A stretch of 64,000 bases of DNA from Rhodocyclaceae bacterium (GCA_018883385.1 VEQD01000003.1:10799-74798); one strand, 5' to 3'. Shown: positions 8,050-18,507, counted from the stretch's first letter. Made by a program: numbers and translations. The notes: generated by a model from the sequence alone, not told the origin.

Positions 8050-9069
8050 CTAGTGAGTATTAGAGACGGCTCGTGGCTTGTTGCCAATGATTTCGGCATA
8101 CCCCAGTGCACCAATTTTTGGGTAGAATTCAATCGCCAAGGCGCTACGGATATTGATGAGGAATGTGAATCGATCAAGCCCGGAAATAGGAATCTGCCCC
8201 GGCTCCTCGCGACCAACGAGAATGCTGAGCGCTTTATGTCCGGCGAATGCGCCGGCATGCAGATAGGGGCTCACAAGCCCTAGCACCAGACCATTCTGGC
8301 GAATTGGTGCCTCAGTGGCTGACATAGATGGAATCCGGGCACGGGTTAAACGCTCGCTGATCAGATCAGCATGGCGGATCAGAAAAGAATCAGAGGGAAC
8401 ATAAACGATGTCAGGTCGTGACGCTGAAACACCTTCTAGTGTTTGCGTCAATTGCGCCATGGTGGGCGCTGACGAGCTTTCTCCCACTGAAAATCGCTGA
8501 ACCGAAAAGTTGAACTCGGGTGCGGCTTGCTCGAGTGCATTGACGGATAAAACGGCATTTTTTTCATTCGCACTGTAGATGACGGCCATTGTCTTGATAG
8601 ATATGGCTGATCGCAATGCCGAAAGCTGGCTACGAATCGGCACCAGATGCGTGACTCCGGTGACATTGCGTCCGCTTCCAGACATGTTGCGCGTGATTCC
8701 CGAACCAACAGGATCGGCCACGATATTGAAAACAACCGGAATGTCGGTAATGACACCCTTGGTTGTGTCTGCACGCCCAACGAGTGCAATGGTCGCTGAG
8801 GTTCCGAAGGCATAAATCAGATCAGGCCGTAATGCCCGCATTTCCTCTACGATCGCTGGCAGCCGCTTGGGATCTTCTGCGGCATCGCGAACGATGTACT
8901 CAGCGCGAACGCCGTTTTGTGACAAATATTGGCGGAATCCGCGTTCTGCATCGGTTTCTCCCCGATAGAGCACCATACCAATACGGTAAGTCTTGTCTTC
9001 AACGGCAAGGGCGTCCTCCATAAAGACGGACAACAATACCCACCCGATCAGGAATACGCGGCCCATCAT
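8050..9069 (-). CDS. ABC-type substrate-binding protein (PF04392-like)
   Basis: signal peptide; PDLIYAFGT, IPVVFNIVADPVGSG, SGRNVTGV, GEEPGQIPI-like segment (GREEPGQIPI), FLINIRSA. Confidence 0.85.
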   Translation of the reverse strand: MMGRVFLIGWVLLSVFMEDALAVEDKTYRIGMVLYRGETDAERGFRQYLSQNGVRAEYIVRDAAEDPKRLPAIVEEMRALRPDLIYAFGTSATIALVGRADTTKGVITDIPVVFNIVADPVGSGITRNMSGSGRNVTGVTHLVPIRSQLSALRSAISIKTMAVIYSANEKNAVLSVNALEQAAPEFNFSVQRFSVGESSSAPTMAQLTQTLEGVSASRPDIVYVPSDSFLIRHADLISERLTRARIPSMSATEAPIRQNGLVLGLVSPYLHAGAFAGHKALSILVGREEPGQIPISGLDRFTFLINIRSALAIEFYPKIGALGYAEIIGNKPRAVSNTH

Positions 9070-10781
9070 TGTTTGGACACCAATTTTTTATGATTCAGTG
9101 TCCAGAAGCCCAGAATCACCGTTGCCGCCCCAATCAGGAGTGACAACCAGATGAAGGCATCCGTCAGCCCGAAGAGCGTGATGAATAGTCCCGCAATCAA
9201 GGGGCCGAGAATATTACCCACGCGTTCCATCAAACGAAAAATCCCGACAACCTGACCAAGGCCGAGTTCATTACAAAGTGTCTGGTTGGTCTCGGTAATG
9301 AATGTTAATTGCGATGGAACCGAAATGGCGTGCGCCAAACCAAGAAGGGCGATACTGGTCATGACGCCAAAAAGGGTCGGGCTCCATGCCAGCTGAGCGA
9401 TGGCGAGCGCCCCAAGAACCCCGCCCGCCAGTACCAGCAGCAGTCGCGACTTCAGGCGCTCGGCATATTGTGCCACCACTGGCGACAGACAGATAATCAT
9501 GAGGCCATAGAGCATAAGCGCTCGCCCTGTTGTTGACTTGCTGACCTCCAGGCTGCTTAGAAAGAGTGGGGCGGAAAAATACAAAAAGCCGGTGAGCGCC
9601 ACCTTGGATGGAATCGCTGAAAAAAATGTCACCATCAGGAATGCACGGTCACGACACACTGCACGAATAGAGGCCAGTGTTAATTTCGGTCGTGCTTGAC
9701 CGCCACCGCCGACAATAAACCTTGCGACAAATAAGGCTGCGCCTAATGACAATAGAGCCGATAGCATGAAAATTATTGGCATGCTGATGTGATCTGCCAG
9801 AATTCCGCCGATGGCGGCGCCCGAGAGCGATCCGGCAAAAAATGTTGCCACAAACGTCGCCATTCCCCGGTTGCGGTTGCTGTTGTCTGTATGGTCCGTG
9901 ACGAAGCCCTGCACCGTGATAAAAACAATCCCGTAGCCGATCGCCGTCATTGAACGCCAGAGCAACAGGTCAAACAAAGAGTAGGCAAACGCTGTTAGAA
10001 CCAGGCCGATGGATGTTAGTAATGCGCCAAAGATGAACGCCCGTCGCCGCCCAACGGTATCTGACCACACGCCGCCCCCGGGGAGCGATAGCGCCCAAAT
10101 GAACATAAAGAGCGATATGGGTAGGCCAACCACAAACTCACGAGACAGCCCCAGATCCGGGATTTGCATCTGCCCGACGTAGACCGGGAAGAAACTTAAG
10201 GATAAGGATTCGGAGAAAATGAGGAGAAAGAAGGGCCACCGAATGAACTCAATCCGTTGTGTCGGACCGGAGAAGTTGTAGCTGACAATGAAAACGATGA
10301 GCTCAACAGCAATGATGACTGACACAATTATCACGGTGAGCACGTCCAGTCTTAGCTCTTCGGATTTTTTTTGTGCAAATGCACCGTCGATCAGAATTTT
10401 TAATTCACCCAGAGTTCGATTGTCATGACGCAAGGGGTATTGGGTAATAATAGTGTCAGGACGTTCTGACGCCAGCAAATACCCTGAAGATTGGTACGGG
10501 GCTCCTTGGGAGGGGAACAAGGCGATACCATAAATCTCAGGGTTGGCTTGACGAATGCTGTCAAAGAACTCGTCCATGCCCTGTAATTTGTTGAAAGGAA
10601 TGCCGATATCCAGTGCCGTGCCAATGGATTTTTCAATAGATGCAGCCACCGTATCGACTTTGCTCGAAACTGCGGGGGCGATGGATTGCTCGAACTGACG
10701 AAAACTCAGTGTCGACATCAGAAGCGCACAGCCAAGCAGCACCACAAATGCCAGCAGCGTTAAACGTAGGTTAAGCCGCAT
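9066..10781 (-). CDS. MFS transporter with N-terminal TM-periplasmic-TM (sensor-like) extension
   Basis: 571 aa; C-terminal ~390 aa is hydrophobic with MFS motif A (GVWSDTVGRR); first ~170 aa form TM + soluble domain + TM. Confidence 0.85.
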   Translation of the reverse strand: MRLNLRLTLLAFVVLLGCALLMSTLSFRQFEQSIAPAVSSKVDTVAASIEKSIGTALDIGIPFNKLQGMDEFFDSIRQANPEIYGIALFPSQGAPYQSSGYLLASERPDTIITQYPLRHDNRTLGELKILIDGAFAQKKSEELRLDVLTVIIVSVIIAVELIVFIVSYNFSGPTQRIEFIRWPFFLLIFSESLSLSFFPVYVGQMQIPDLGLSREFVVGLPISLFMFIWALSLPGGGVWSDTVGRRRAFIFGALLTSIGLVLTAFAYSLFDLLLWRSMTAIGYGIVFITVQGFVTDHTDNSNRNRGMATFVATFFAGSLSGAAIGGILADHISMPIIFMLSALLSLGAALFVARFIVGGGGQARPKLTLASIRAVCRDRAFLMVTFFSAIPSKVALTGFLYFSAPLFLSSLEVSKSTTGRALMLYGLMIICLSPVVAQYAERLKSRLLLVLAGGVLGALAIAQLAWSPTLFGVMTSIALLGLAHAISVPSQLTFITETNQTLCNELGLGQVVGIFRLMERVGNILGPLIAGLFITLFGLTDAFIWLSLLIGAATVILGFWTLNHKKLVSKQ

Positions 10782-11424
10782 GCGAATCCTGACCAGTCGT
10801 ATGGATGACCCCTTTTCTAAAGACCATCACGGCGCCCAATACAAGGGCCAGAGTGGCAGCTAAGGCACTCCAAGCGAAATCTTTAAAAATTCCCTCGCGA
10901 ACCGTTTTACGTGCAGCTAACTGATTCGTTCCATCGTAAGCCACAATTAACCAGCCGGACTGGCTGCCAAAGGCATTGACCAGCGGGACGCCTACTGCGA
11001 AACGATCTGTCGCCAGCGACCGTAACACCACCTTTTGTTGTCGTTCAATAGGCCAGCTATTGATGTTGTTCCAGTGATTGGCATCGGTTGAGGTGCTGGC
11101 AATAGCGATGCCGTCATTGTTCAGAATGGTCAGGTTCTGCAAACCGTCTGATCTTCCTGACTGTAACCCGTTCTGCAAGATTTCGCCGAGGTTTGACATT
11201 TCATCAAGCGATAAACCCAATTCCAGAACACTACTCACGGCACGAATGACTTCTCCCGAACTAACCAGGATTCTTGATTGTGCAAGTTGGCGCTGTGTTT
11301 TATCGAAATTCGAATAATTCAGATAGGCCATGAGCATCAGCGATACCATGACGACCGCGAGCATCTGCAACGCAACACGAATTGCGAGACCGTAAGGCAA
11401 TAAAAGAGCGATGACTCTGCGCAT
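10771..11424 (-). CDS. 2-TM membrane protein with periplasmic Cache-like domain
   Basis: 217 aa; TM near each end; LTILNNDGIAIAST and VGVPLVNAFGSQSGWLIVAYD resemble Cache/PDC strands. Confidence 0.7.
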   Translation of the reverse strand: MRRVIALLLPYGLAIRVALQMLAVVMVSLMLMAYLNYSNFDKTQRQLAQSRILVSSGEVIRAVSSVLELGLSLDEMSNLGEILQNGLQSGRSDGLQNLTILNNDGIAIASTSTDANHWNNINSWPIERQQKVVLRSLATDRFAVGVPLVNAFGSQSGWLIVAYDGTNQLAARKTVREGIFKDFAWSALAATLALVLGAVMVFRKGVIHTTGQDSHAA

Positions 11425-11627
11425 AATGAACTTGAATTCGGGGTGAAATGTTCCTGCTAGGGGCTTGGTTCCCTGATTTAGGGCAGTTTAGAATCCAGTT
11501 CAGTGGGGATGTAGCCGCAGAAGTCGCGAACAATGCTAAAAACGGAATGATACAAGATTCGGCAAAATCGCATGTGTTTGTTTCCGATGCGGGCGCGTCT
11601 ACTTTCCTGAAATGCTGGTGAGCTGAT

Positions 11628-12560
11628 TTGTCTTATACTCGCGTCGTGAACAATCCCCGCCCCCCTCTTAATTTAAAAACACTGCCAAGCTGGTCGCTCA
11701 TTGCACTGGTTTGGTTGATCTCTAAGCTACCGTTACGCGTGATTCGCGTTATTGGGGCTCTCTTTGGTGTCATCCTCTGGGCCTTGGCGCGGCAGCGGCG
11801 ATTTGTTGCTTTAACCAATCTGCGCCTGTGCTTTCCGGAGTTACCCGACAGCGCGCGCAAGCGGCTCGTACTCAAGCACTGTATTCGTTTCGCCCAGGCA
11901 GTACTCGATCGATCGTTAATGTGGTTTGCGTCTGAAGCCCGTATTCGTCGCATCGTGCGTCAACACCATGAAGAACGTCTGTATAGCGACGATGGCCGGC
12001 CGACATTGGTGCTGGCGCCGCATTTTGTGGGGCTCGATGCCACCGGAACGCGCGCCTCAATGATGGGCTCGTGGATCAGCATGTATGCGAAACAGAAGAA
12101 CCCGGTGCTGAACTACATGCTGTTGCATGGGCGCGGGCGCTTCACCAACCCGGTCCTGGTATCGCGCCAGGATGGGTTATTGAAAGTTGTGAAGGCCATG
12201 AAGCGCGGCATCCCGTTTTATTACTTGCCAGATCAGGATTTTGGTCCCAAGGATGCCGTATTTGCGCCATTCTTTGGTTTTCCGGCGGCAACCGTGACGG
12301 GCGTGTCGCGCCTGGCGCAGTTGACCAATGCGCGCGTGATCGCGATCGTTTCAAAAATGGTGCCGGATGGTTACGAGTCGTATTACACCGAAGCCTGGGA
12401 GCACTTTCCCGGCGCTTCGGTCGAAGAAGATACGGTGCGTATGAACCGCTTTATCGAATCGTGGGTCCTGCAGATGCCAGATCAATACTTCTGGTTGCAT
12501 AAGCGCTTCAAGACCCGGCCCGAAGGTGAGCCCAGCGTCTATGGCAAACACCATCGCTAG
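11628..12560 (+). CDS. lpxL: lipid A biosynthesis acyltransferase (LpxL/HtrB family)
   Basis: NLRLCFPE, PHFVGLD (HxxxxD), YYLPDQDFG, PFFG, QYFWLHKRFKTRP; exact start uncertain. Confidence 0.9.
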   Translation: MSYTRVVNNPRPPLNLKTLPSWSLIALVWLISKLPLRVIRVIGALFGVILWALARQRRFVALTNLRLCFPELPDSARKRLVLKHCIRFAQAVLDRSLMWFASEARIRRIVRQHHEERLYSDDGRPTLVLAPHFVGLDATGTRASMMGSWISMYAKQKNPVLNYMLLHGRGRFTNPVLVSRQDGLLKVVKAMKRGIPFYYLPDQDFGPKDAVFAPFFGFPAATVTGVSRLAQLTNARVIAIVSKMVPDGYESYYTEAWEHFPGASVEEDTVRMNRFIESWVLQMPDQYFWLHKRFKTRPEGEPSVYGKHHR

Positions 12561-12607
12561 CTAATTCTATTAATATGTTGCAACCCTTGGACTCGGAGGT
12601 GGCGCTG

Positions 12608-13885
12608 ATGAAATGTTGGGTTACACGCTGGACTGAACTGGTTGCCGTCACGCTGTTGACACTGTGCCTCCTTTCGAGTGGGTGCACCACGCTAGAGCGT
12701 AAGGACGCGGTCCCCCCTGAGCTTCACGGCCAGGAAGAAATCGAGGGCATGCCCGGTGTCCGTTACAAGATCTACACCAAGTCGGGCATCGAGGCCATGA
12801 TCAGTGATATCCGACAGGGGATGAAAGATCCCGGCGCCTATATCAACCCGAAACAAGCGAACTATCTGGCGCTTTCTGGTGGGGGGGACAATGGCGCTTT
12901 CGGGGCGGGGCTTTTGGCCGGTTGGACAGAACGCGGGGATCGCCCTACGTTTAATCTGGTGACCGGGGTGAGTACCGGCGCCATGATTGCGCCTTTTGCG
13001 TTCCTTGGGCCGGACTACGACTACGTCCTGAGGCGGACATTTACTGAAGTTGATCCAAAAGACGTGTTCATTGAGTTGGGTTTGACTGGGGCACTCTTTG
13101 GTGACGCTTTCGCCGATACCTCACCGCTGTACAAACTCATTTCAGAATACGTCACAGCCGAACTCCTCGAGAAAATCAGCTACGAATATGAATACCGTGA
13201 TCGCTGGCTATTAGTGGCGACCACGAATCTGGATTCTGGTGTGCCGGTGATATGGAACATGGGTAAGCTGGCCAGCGTTGGCACCCCAGCGTCGTTACAA
13301 CTGTTCCGAAAAATTCTGCTCGCATCGGCGGCGATTCCCGGGGCGTTTCCGCCGGTCATGATCGACGTGACGGTGAACGGTAAGCACTACCAGGAAATGC
13401 ATGTCGATGGCGGTGCAACGGCGGAGTTATTTGTCTATCCAGCGGCTTTGGGCGCGATGTCTCTCCGCGAGGGTGTGGTTACCCGGTATAAGAACCGTCA
13501 GGCCTACATCATCCGCAATGCCCGTCTGGACTCAGAGTGGCGCCAGATCGAGCGCAATACGCTCAGTATCATGGGGCGTGCGGTCGATCAGCTCATTCAG
13601 TCACAGGGCATGGGTGATCTCTATCGCACTTACCTGATTTCTAAGCGGGATCGCGTGGGCTTCAATCTGGCTTACATTGGCCCGGATTTCAAGCACCCCC
13701 ATAAGCAGGAATTTGACCGGGAGTATATGACGGCACTGTTTAACTATGCCAAAGCCCTGAGCATTGCTGGCTATCCGTGGGCACATTCGCCACCGGGATA
13801 CGATCTCCCGGTGAATGATGCAGTCAACCGGCAGGCCGCCGTTGAACAGCAGCTCCTTAAAAACGACAAGACGGTAACGCCTTAA
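12608..13885 (+). CDS. patatin-like phospholipase lipoprotein
   Basis: lipobox LLSSGC; GGGDNG, GVSTG and DGG motifs; GGAGG RBS supports ATG 12608. Confidence 0.9.
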   Translation: MKCWVTRWTELVAVTLLTLCLLSSGCTTLERKDAVPPELHGQEEIEGMPGVRYKIYTKSGIEAMISDIRQGMKDPGAYINPKQANYLALSGGGDNGAFGAGLLAGWTERGDRPTFNLVTGVSTGAMIAPFAFLGPDYDYVLRRTFTEVDPKDVFIELGLTGALFGDAFADTSPLYKLISEYVTAELLEKISYEYEYRDRWLLVATTNLDSGVPVIWNMGKLASVGTPASLQLFRKILLASAAIPGAFPPVMIDVTVNGKHYQEMHVDGGATAELFVYPAALGAMSLREGVVTRYKNRQAYIIRNARLDSEWRQIERNTLSIMGRAVDQLIQSQGMGDLYRTYLISKRDRVGFNLAYIGPDFKHPHKQEFDREYMTALFNYAKALSIAGYPWAHSPPGYDLPVNDAVNRQAAVEQQLLKNDKTVTP

Positions 13886-13887
13886 AG

Positions 13888-13919
13888 AAAAAGCCCCTGG
13901 CCTGACAAGGCACAGGGGC
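13888..13919 (-). terminator. rho-independent terminator of the Tim44-domain gene
   Basis: GCCCCTG...CAGGGGC stem with flanking A5 (T5 on minus strand). Confidence 0.6.
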
Positions 13920-13978
13920 AAACCGGGTTTGAGAGCGTTGGGGTTGCCCGGGTAGAACTCTTAGCTGCGGTTGCCGAG

Positions 13979-14866
13979 TTACTGCGTTTGCTGGATGCCC
14001 GCCAGTACCCAGCCGCCCTGGCCGCTTATTGGCTTGGTGAGGTGCCAGACCTCATCGATAGGAACCGGGGCGGCGTTGGCTTCTTCGCGCAGCATGCCCG
14101 TGAAACGCACGCTCACGATATGGCGATAACTGTCTTGGGCAATGTCCAGGATTTCGGCATTCAGAGACACAATGTCCGTCTTTTGCGGCAGACCATTGCG
14201 TTGATCCAGATCCATGCGTATTTCGGCGAACATCTCCGGCGAAGTGAATTCGCGGATATCCGCCAGATCGCCGGCATCATGTGCGGCCTGTAGACGAATG
14301 AACCCAACCTTGGCGTTGCGAATGAATCCATCAACGTCAAACCCTGGCGGTGCCTGGACGCCGGATGTTGAGCCATTTGTCTGGTTGGCCTGATACTGCG
14401 CGTTTTCGGTGTAGGTCGATGCGTTGTAGGGTGCGCCAGCACCTGCCATCTGGGTATGCTGGTTGGCGGCACGTTTACGCAGAAAGAATCCAATGACGGC
14501 CATCACGGCGAAAGCGATCAGCGCGATCATCATGATATTGGCGAGTTCTTCGCCAAAGCCCAGATAGCTAGCCAGTGCGGCCAGACCCAGTCCGGCGGCG
14601 AGACCAGCGATGGGCCCCATCCAAGAACGCTTGGGCTGTGCGGCTGCGGCGGTTGCACCTGCTGGTGCCTTGGCAGCGGCGGCGGCCGGTGCCGGGGCGG
14701 CGGTTTGAGGGGCAGTGGTGGCCGGTTTACTGATAGGGGCCATCTGGCGTTGCATCCCCATCGACTTGCCACCACCGATTCGGGCGGCTTCAGCGTTGCC
14801 GATGGCCATGGTTAGGCCGATGGCGAGCGCTGCGGCGAACAGGGCGATATTCTTTAAGGGTTTCAT
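13979..14866 (-). CDS. Tim44 domain-containing membrane protein
   Basis: AEAARIGGGKSMG, WMGPIAGLAAG, FIRLQAAHDAGD, EVWHLTKP...WVLAGIQQ; start at ATG 14866 with AAGGAG RBS. Confidence 0.9.
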   Translation of the reverse strand: MKPLKNIALFAAALAIGLTMAIGNAEAARIGGGKSMGMQRQMAPISKPATTAPQTAAPAPAAAAAKAPAGATAAAAQPKRSWMGPIAGLAAGLGLAALASYLGFGEELANIMMIALIAFAVMAVIGFFLRKRAANQHTQMAGAGAPYNASTYTENAQYQANQTNGSTSGVQAPPGFDVDGFIRNAKVGFIRLQAAHDAGDLADIREFTSPEMFAEIRMDLDQRNGLPQKTDIVSLNAEILDIAQDSYRHIVSVRFTGMLREEANAAPVPIDEVWHLTKPISGQGGWVLAGIQQTQ

Positions 14867-15084
14867 GACAGTCTCCTTCTTATAATCTGCTGGGTGGCTT
14901 GAGAATAGCGGAATTCGCGGGCTGTTGCTTAGGGGAAGCTTAAGGCGGCGCATATTTAATGTTGCACCCCGAGGGCGTTGTCGACGATTCTCTGGTGGGC
15001 TCCCTTCGGCTATAATCACCGGTTTTGCAAGTTCGAGGTCAGTGGTTGGCCTCGCGCCATATCTTTCAATTTAGGAACACATTC

Positions 15085-16395
15085 ATGAGCACCACCGAAA
15101 CCGTGCAGGAAACCAGCCCGCTCGAGCGGTCGATCGATCTGACCGTCTCCGCCAAGGAACTCGACACCGCAATGGACGTGCGTCTGGCCCGTATGGGTAA
15201 GACCCTGAAGATCGCCGGTTTCCGTCCGGGCAAAGTTCCGGCCAAGGTGGTTAAGCAGCAATATGGTCTGCAGGCGCGTGACGAGGCGCTCAACGAGATC
15301 GTCGGCCGTGCTTTTGGCGAGGCGATAACCCAGCAGAACCTCAAGGTGGCTGGTTACCCGCGAATTGAGCCCAAGGGGGATGAGACCGCTGAATCGCTCA
15401 CCTTTGTGGCCACCTTCGAGTTGTTTCCGGAAATCACGCTAGCCGATGTGTCGGGTGCCGAGATCGAGCGCCCCGTGCATGACGTCACAGCTGCCGATGT
15501 GGAAAAGACGCTGGAGATTCTGCGCAAGCAACGCGTGGGGTATGAAAACGCTGATCGCGCCGCCCAGAAAGAAGACCGCGTTGTGATCGACTTCCTGGGT
15601 AAAAAGGACGGCGTGCCGTTCGCTGGCGGTGAAGCCAAGGATTACCCGATGGTGCTGGGCAAGGGCACCTTGCTGCCAGATTTTGAAGCCGCCATCGAAG
15701 GATCGACAGCTGGCACCAGCAAGACTTTTGATCTGACTTTCCCGGCGGATTATGGCAATGCCGACCTGGCGGGGCAGACCGTGCAGTTTGATCTGACCGT
15801 CAAGCAGGTACAGGGTCCGGTGATTCCCGAACTGACCGAAGAATTCGTCAAGGCCATGGGGGTTGAAAGCGGTCAGGCGGAAGACCTGAAGGCCGAAGTC
15901 GAAAAGAATCTGAAGGGCGAGGTAAAGAAGCGCATTCATCAGCGTCTGCGTGAAGCCGTGATGGAGAAGCTGGATGCCCTGAACCCGATCGCCGTGCCCA
16001 AGGCGCTGGTCGAGCAGGAAATCTACCGTCTCATGCAGGGGACCCGCGAAGACATGAAACAACGCGGCATGAAGGGGGATATCCCGCTGCAGCCCGAGTG
16101 GTTCCAGGAGCGTGCACTCCCCCGTGTGCGTATGGGTTTGATTCTGGCTGACCTGGTCGAAAAGGAAAAGCTGGCCGCGACCGACGCCCAGATCGACGCT
16201 CGCATTGCCGAAATCGCCGACACCTACCAGCATCCCGAAGAGGTGAAGGTCTGGTACAAGCAGGATCCGCAGCGCCTATCGAATATCGAGTCGGAAGTTC
16301 TGGAACAGAACGTGGTCGATTGGTTTCTGGCGCGCGCCAAGGTAACCGACAAGGCCGTTGATTTCGACGATATCATGGGCCAACAAGGCCTGTAA
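15085..16395 (+). CDS. tig: trigger factor
   Basis: GFRPGKVP ribosome-binding motif, FKBP domain, position before clpP; start ATG 15085. Confidence 0.97.
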   Translation: MSTTETVQETSPLERSIDLTVSAKELDTAMDVRLARMGKTLKIAGFRPGKVPAKVVKQQYGLQARDEALNEIVGRAFGEAITQQNLKVAGYPRIEPKGDETAESLTFVATFELFPEITLADVSGAEIERPVHDVTAADVEKTLEILRKQRVGYENADRAAQKEDRVVIDFLGKKDGVPFAGGEAKDYPMVLGKGTLLPDFEAAIEGSTAGTSKTFDLTFPADYGNADLAGQTVQFDLTVKQVQGPVIPELTEEFVKAMGVESGQAEDLKAEVEKNLKGEVKKRIHQRLREAVMEKLDALNPIAVPKALVEQEIYRLMQGTREDMKQRGMKGDIPLQPEWFQERALPRVRMGLILADLVEKEKLAATDAQIDARIAEIADTYQHPEEVKVWYKQDPQRLSNIESEVLEQNVVDWFLARAKVTDKAVDFDDIMGQQGL

Positions 16396-16557
16396 TGGAC
16401 CTAATCGACTGAATTTGGTCGATATTTAGGGGTTTTTTGCCGTAAAAAGCGGCCGGGTTTGCCCGGCCGTTGCTCTTTTTGCACGCCGCAGCATGAAAAA
16501 AGGGCGTTTTTACGGCATGATGTCACTCAATCTCTGTCATTTTGCTCAGGAGCACCC

Positions 16558-17211
16558 ATGTTGACCCATCACGGCCTCGTTGAAACCCTCGCCAATGCCC
16601 ATCCGGACCCGCAAGCCATCGGTTTGGTGCCCATGGTGGTGGAACAAAGTGGTCGCGGCGAGCGGGCTTTTGACATCTACTCCCGCCTGCTCAAAGAGCG
16701 TGTGGTCTTTCTGGTGGGCCCGGTCAATGACATGAGCGCCAATCTGGTGGTCGCCCAGTTACTGTTTCTGGAAGCCGAAAATCCGGATAAGGATATTCAT
16801 CTCTACATCAACTCGCCGGGTGGCTCGGTCACGGCCGGTCTGTCGATTTACGACACCATGCAGTTCATCAAGCCCGATGTGTCGACCTTGTGTCTGGGTC
16901 AGGCAGCCTCGATGGGGGCGTTTCTGCTGACTGCGGGCGCCAAGGGCAAGCGTTTTTCGCTGCCTAACTCGCGGGTGATGATCCACCAACCGCTCGGTGG
17001 CTTCCAGGGTCAGGCTTCGGATATCGAGATTCATGCCAAAGAGATCCTGTCGTTACGTGCCAAGTTGAACACGATGCTGGCTGCGCATACCGGTCAGGAT
17101 GTCGAACGCATCGAGCGCGACACAGATCGTGACAACTTTATGTCGGCTGATGAAGCGGTGACCTACGGTCTCATCGATAAAGTGTTGGGCACCCGCAGCG
17201 CGGTTGCCTAA
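16558..17211 (+). CDS. clpP: ATP-dependent Clp protease proteolytic subunit
   Basis: [39 protein letters not shown]; AGGAG RBS before ATG 16558. Confidence 0.98.
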   Translation: MLTHHGLVETLANAHPDPQAIGLVPMVVEQSGRGERAFDIYSRLLKERVVFLVGPVNDMSANLVVAQLLFLEAENPDKDIHLYINSPGGSVTAGLSIYDTMQFIKPDVSTLCLGQAASMGAFLLTAGAKGKRFSLPNSRVMIHQPLGGFQGQASDIEIHAKEILSLRAKLNTMLAAHTGQDVERIERDTDRDNFMSADEAVTYGLIDKVLGTRSAVA

Positions 17212-17232
17212 GAATTCAAGAAGGACAACGCG

Positions 17233-18507
17233 ATGACTAAAGATCAAGCGAAAACGCCCGGCAAAGAGGGTGATAAGCCGCTGTATTGTTCGTTCTGTGG
17301 CAAAAGCCAGCATGAGGTCAAGAAACTGATCGCTGGTCCGTCGGTGTTCATCTGTGACGAATGTATTGATCTGTGCGCCGACATCGTGCAGGACGAAGTC
17401 GAAGAAGAGGCCCGTGCCGCAAGGGCCGGCCTGCCAACGCCGCGCGAGATCCGCGAATCGCTGGACGAATATGTGATTGGTCAGGAAGCTGCCAAAAAGA
17501 TTCTGGCTGTAGCCGTCTACAACCATTACAAACGGCTGCGCCTGCCAAATACCAAGGATGACGGCGTTGAGCTGTCCAAGTCCAACATCCTGCTCATCGG
17601 GCCGACGGGCTCAGGTAAAACACTGCTGGCGCAAACGCTGGCACGCCTGCTCGACGTACCGTTTGTGATGGCTGATGCGACCACCCTGACCGAGGCTGGC
17701 TATGTAGGCGAGGACGTCGAGAACATCATCCAGAAATTACTCCAGAAGTGTGACTACGATGTCGAGAAGGCCCGTCAGGGGATTGTCTACATCGACGAGA
17801 TCGATAAGATCTCGCGCAAATCGGATAATCCCTCGATTACGCGCGATGTGTCGGGCGAGGGCGTACAACAAGCGTTGCTCAAACTGATTGAAGGCACGGT
17901 CGCGTCAGTGCCGCCACAGGGCGGTCGTAAACACCCCAATCAAGACTTTGTGCAGGTCGATACGACCAACATTCTCTTTATTTGTGGGGGCGCATTCGAG
18001 GGCATCGACAAGGTCATCCGTAACCGTACCGAAAAGACAGGTATTGGGTTTGGCGCGGAGGTGACAGGTAAGGAAGAAAAAGCCATCACCACGCTGCTCA
18101 AAGTTGTAGAGCCGGAGGATCTAATCAAGTATGGCCTCATTCCAGAATTGATAGGACGTCTGCCGGTGGTCGCGACACTTGAAGAGCTGGAAGAGGCGGC
18201 GCTGATTCGTATTCTGACCGAACCCAAGAATGCGCTGACCAAGCAGTACCAGAAGCTGTTCGATATGGAGGGCGTACAACTGGAATTTCGACCCGAGGCG
18301 TTGAAGGCGATTGCCCGTCGTGCGCTGGAGCGTAAGACAGGTGCGCGTGGCCTGCGTTCGATCGTTGAAGCCACATTGCTCGATACGATGTACGACCTGC
18401 CGGGAAGTACGGATATCGCCAAGGTGGTCGTGGAAGAGGCCGCCATTACTGGCGATAGCAAGCCGCTGTACGTGCTGCAGGAGGGCGCCCAGGCACAGGC
18501 CAGCTAA
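17233..18507 (+). CDS. clpX: ATP-dependent Clp protease ATP-binding subunit
   Basis: CSFCGK zinc finger, GPTGSGKT Walker A, IGF loop. Confidence 0.98.
   Translation: MTKDQAKTPGKEGDKPLYCSFCGKSQHEVKKLIAGPSVFICDECIDLCADIVQDEVEEEARAARAGLPTPREIRESLDEYVIGQEAAKKILAVAVYNHYKRLRLPNTKDDGVELSKSNILLIGPTGSGKTLLAQTLARLLDVPFVMADATTLTEAGYVGEDVENIIQKLLQKCDYDVEKARQGIVYIDEIDKISRKSDNPSITRDVSGEGVQQALLKLIEGTVASVPPQGGRKHPNQDFVQVDTTNILFICGGAFEGIDKVIRNRTEKTGIGFGAEVTGKEEKAITTLLKVVEPEDLIKYGLIPELIGRLPVVATLEELEEAALIRILTEPKNALTKQYQKLFDMEGVQLEFRPEALKAIARRALERKTGARGLRSIVEATLLDTMYDLPGSTDIAKVVVEEAAITGDSKPLYVLQEGAQAQAS

Noticed and set aside
14867-15084. tRNA-Leu often found upstream of tig
   Set aside because: No cloverleaf; only a short hairpin after a GTTCGA-like hexamer
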